Origin: Octopus bimaculoides
Lineage: Eukaryota
NCBI RefSeq assembly: GCF_001194135.2
Contig: NC_069004.1
Coordinates: forward strand, 30,132,948-30,169,387
Length of the DNA stretch: 36,440 nucleotides
Reading direction: 5' to 3'
In this document: positions 33,226 to 36,440 of the stretch, one piece after another
Layout: each line of letters begins with the position of its first letter
How positions within the stretch are numbered: position 1 is the first letter of the stretch
Position numbers and translations under genes: made by a program
Notes under the pieces: generated by a model
What the model saw: the letters and a program-made list of their open reading frames with translations, nothing else
Database searches by the model: none
Told to the model about the DNA's origin: nothing

Positions 33226-33930
33226 NNNNNNNNNNNNNNNNNNNNNNNNNNNNNNNNNNNNNNNNNNNNNNNNNNNNNNNNNNNNNNNNNNNNNNNNNNN
33301 NNNNNNNNNNNNNNNNNNNNNNNNNNNNNNNNNNNNNNNNNNNNNNNNNNNNNNNNNNNNNNNNNNNNNNNNNNNNNNNNNNNNNNNNNNNNNNNNNNNN
33401 NNNNNNNNNNNNNNNNNNNNNNNNNNNNNNNNNNNNNNNNNNNNNNNNNNNNNNNNNNNNNNNNNNNNNNNNNNNNNNNNNNNNNNNNNNNNNNNNNNNN
33501 NNNNNNNNNNNNNNNNNNNNNNNNNNNNNNNNNNNNNNNNNNNNNNNNNNNNNNNNNNNNNNNNNNNNNNNNNNNNNNNNNNNNNNNNNNNNNNNNNNNN
33601 NNNNNNNNNNNNNNNNNNNNNNNNNNNNNNNNNNNNNNNNNNNNNNNNNNNNNNNNNNNNNNNNNNNNNNNNNNNNNNNNNNNNNNNNNNNNNNNNNNNN
33701 NNNNNNNNNNNNNNNNNNNNNNNNNNNNNNNNNNNNNNNNNNNNNNNNNNNNNNNNNNNNNNNNNNNNNNNNNNNNNNNNNNNNNNNNNNNNNNNNNNNN
33801 NNNNNNNNNNNNNNNNNNNNNNNNNNNNNNNNNNNNNNNNNNNNNNNNNNNNNNNNNNNNNNNNNNNNNNNNNNNNNNNNNNNNNNNNNNNNNNNNNNNN
33901 NNNNNNNNNNNTATATATATATATATATAT

Positions 33931-34170
33931 GTAGGAGTGGCTGTGTGGTAAGTAGCTTGCTTACGAACCACATGGTTCCGGGTTCAGCTCCACTGCGTGG
34001 CACCTTGGGCAATTGTCTTCCACTATAACCTCGGACTGACCAAAGCCTTGTGAGTGCATTTTGTGAATGGAAACTGAAGGAAGCTTGTCATGTGTGTGTA
34101 TTTGTCTGTTTGTTTCTTTGTGCCCCACCACTGCTTGACAACTGGGCTTGGTGTGTTTACGTCCCCATAA
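33931..34170 (+). mobile_element. SINE family A, 3'-truncated
   Basis: GTAGGAGTGGCTGTGTGGTAAGTAGCTTGC ... GGTGTGTTTACGTCCCCATAA. Confidence 0.85.
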
Positions 34171-34334
34171 AGGGTGACTTTTGAATCACCATGTATATAT
34201 ATATGGCTCAAATTTACAGAAAACAAAAGACGAAGATAGGTGAGGGAACGACAAGCAATGATTATTAGTTTGACGCTTTAGAAGAATGGAAAAGTCTTTG
34301 ACGTTTTGAGCCTATGATCTTCGACAGAAAATAT

Positions 34335-35215
34335 TGAGAGATAGAGGGGGTAGGAGCGAGAGTGGGAGAGACGGAAGTATAAAGAGGAATACTGAAAGTG
34401 AACGTTGAGATGAAAGAGAAGAAAAAAGAGGGATAGAGAAATATGAGAGTTAGAAAGAGAGGGAGATACAGAAGGATGAGCTGATGGGGGAGGAGAGAAA
34501 GCTAAAAGATGGAAAGAGAGGTGGAAGAGAGAGAGAGAGAGAGGAAGAAAGAGTAAGAGATTAGTAAAAGATAACGAAAGGCTATAAAAAAACCTCAAGA
34601 GAAGATGGAGAAAGGTAATGAAGTAAGTTAAGGAGTTAAGAGAGAGGGGCGGGGAGAGATATATGGACAGGGGTAAAAGAAAGACAGGTGAACGATAAGA
34701 GAGAGGAAGAGTGAGAGACAGGCAGAGGGTGGGAGAGAGACAAGATGTAAGAGGGGGAGGGAGAGATGTAGGTGGAGATAAAAGGACAGGTGAACGATAA
34801 GAGAGTGGAAGAATGAGAGACAGGCAGAGGATGAGGGGTGAGAAAGAGATATAGGCGGAGATTAAAGAAGGATAGGTGAACAATAAGAGAGAGGAAGAAT
34901 GAGAGATAGGCAGAGGATGGGAGAGAGACAAGATGAGAGAGGGGGAGAGAGTGAGGAAGAGATATGGGCGGAGATTAAAGAAGGACAGGTGAACGATAAG
35001 AGAGAGGAAGAGTGAGAGACAGACAGAGGATGAGAGGGTACGTGAGAGAGAGAGAGAGTGAAAAGCAGACAGGAGAAAGAATGAGGAGGGAAGAGATGAG
35101 TAGAAGGAGATGAACTGGAGAAGGAGGAGGGGGAAAAAAGGTAAGAGGTGTTCAGAATATCAGAAGGAACTTAGGTACAATGGCTAGAGGAGGAGGCGGA
35201 GGAGGAAGAGGAGGA
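34335..35215 (+). repeat. Purine-rich tract containing four tandem 80-113 bp units (34659-35040)
   Basis: The unit core AAGGACAGGTGAACGATAAGAGAGAGGAAGAGTGAGAGACAGGCAGAGG occurs four times. Confidence 0.85.
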
Positions 35216-35317
35216 AGCCAAACTGTTGTTGTTGTTGAGTCCCAGGTCAATATTTTTCGAGCATAGCTAAAATCGAAAGTTTCCAAGCGTGCCCATCCCT
35301 GCGTTATTTAATTTCAC

Positions 35318-35705
35318 CACGTTCAGTTAGAGATCAAGATTACCTTTTGACATTAATACTACTTCTATCACAAATTAATTATTTTTTAATAAGCCCACTA
35401 GCTACTTGCGACACTAAGATTCTGTATACCGCTGACGGGAAATTCGTCTGTTATCGCGCTGCTGGACAACTGTCACTGAAGAACCCGTAGCAGGGTGAAA
35501 TTACGTGATCTGACAGTTGTAGAATCCGTAGCAAACGATTTCCGTCTGTCAACGATATAATTTCGAGTGCTTTTATGCACTGCAAGTCCCGTGAGAGATT
35601 TTCTCACGGTAAATAATACAGAAATCTGTGTCCAAGCACAACCTCCACGCTAAGCTAGACATCAAGGATTACCTTTTGATATTAATACTGCTTCTGTCGC
35701 AATTA
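35318..35705 (+). mobile_element. Retrozyme-like unit: ~328-bp monomer bounded by ~60-bp direct repeats, containing a hammerhead ribozyme
   Basis: CACG.T.AG.TAGA.ATCAAG-ATTACCTTTTGA.ATTAATACT.CTTCT.TC.CAA at 35318-35377 and 35646-35705. Hammerhead and additional hairpins lie between them. Confidence 0.65.
35466..35520 (+). ncRNA. Type I hammerhead ribozyme, apparently intact
   Basis: Stem I ACAACUGUCA/UGACAGUUGU (10 perfect bp). Core CUGAAGA 35476-35482. Stem II ACCC/GGGU with loop GUAGCA. GAA 35497-99. Stem III AUU-ACGU-GAU. Cleavage triplet AUC, predicted cut after 35510. Confidence 0.88.
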
Positions 35706-35925
35706 AATATACATATAAATATTTCATTTAGTATATAGAGTACTTAAAAATACTTGTTACAAATAGTTTTATACTGTGGAAGCACGATAATTCGGAAGAT
35801 TTATATCTATCAAGCCTGATGTCTCCTAGCAATCGTTCACGCTCGAAACGGTTTGTTTTCCTTCCTGTGTTTTCTCATAGGACAGCGCTATTTACTCGGT
35901 TTTTCAAATAAGACCAGCCCACGGC

Positions 35926-36158
35926 CATGTGGCGTAGTGGTTAAGAGCGCGGGCTACTGACCCCAATATTCCGAGTTCGATTCCAGGCAGTGACTTGAAT
36001 AATAATAATAATAATATCAAAAATACTTTAGGAATGAGAACCCAGGTTCGAAATTTCCCCCAAGACACCTGATGAAGGCTGGAGGGTATATCAGCCGAAA
36101 CGTTGTGTTAACAACAAATAAGATGAGGACAAATATCCGTCAAATGTAAATAATGTAA
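35926..36158 (+). mobile_element. tRNA-derived SINE with (AAT)n linker and hammerhead-bearing tail
   Basis: A-box TGGCGTAGTGG, B-box GAGTTCGATTCC, AATAATAAT, then a tail containing CTGATGA...GAAACGT. Confidence 0.8.
36064..36109 (+). ncRNA. Minimal type I hammerhead-like motif (Penelope-type, dimer-dependent stem III)
   Basis: Stem I GACAC/GUGUU, CUGAUGA plus an extra A, stem II GGCUG/CAGCC, GAA, palindrome ACGU, triplet GUU with predicted cut after 36104. Confidence 0.65.
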
Positions 36159-36357
36159 GACCAGCCATGTTGTTTTATTTGAGCGTGAAGGATTTCTAGG
36201 AGGCTGAAGACATGACATCGGTCAAATTATTGTGTTTCTATGGCATGAAACTATTAATAGCTCATATTCAAATGCTGTGTATTGCGAATATGTTTATCTC
36301 TCACCGGATGCAGTACTTTTTTCGTTGTTGATCCTTGTAATAACTGAACAGTAAACT

Positions 36358-36408
36358 ATATACATGTATGTGTGTGTGTGTGTGTGTGTATATATAGACG
36401 TAGATATA

Positions 36409-36440
<32 letters not shown>
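36358..36440. repeat. (TG)n/(TA)n microsatellite
   Basis: Dinucleotide runs to the window end. Confidence 0.95.

Overview
Repeat-dominated, gene-poor eukaryotic DNA with about a dozen N gaps. No complete protein-coding gene is supported. Nearly all listed ORFs are microsatellite, low-complexity or N-spanning artefacts. The repeat families resemble, from recall rather than a search, those of octopus/cephalopod genomes: several tRNA-derived SINE families, RTE-clade and L1/Tx1-like LINE fossils, two mariner remnants, a hAT-Charlie transposase remnant and a hAT-type MITE. The strongest unexpected signal is self-cleaving RNA. An apparently intact type I hammerhead ribozyme (35466-35520) lies on a long stem inside a ~328-bp unit bounded by ~60-bp direct repeats, a retrozyme-like layout. 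A second, minimal hammerhead sits in the tail of a tRNA-headed SINE (36064-36109), and decayed hammerhead-like motifs occur at ~2046, ~11200 and ~4510. Other notable items are a 549-bp palindrome built from two mariner 3' ends, a 2x2 swap of SINE middle and tail modules, and two candidate small minus-strand exons of an unidentified host gene. Family names and coordinates of degraded copies are by eye and approximate.
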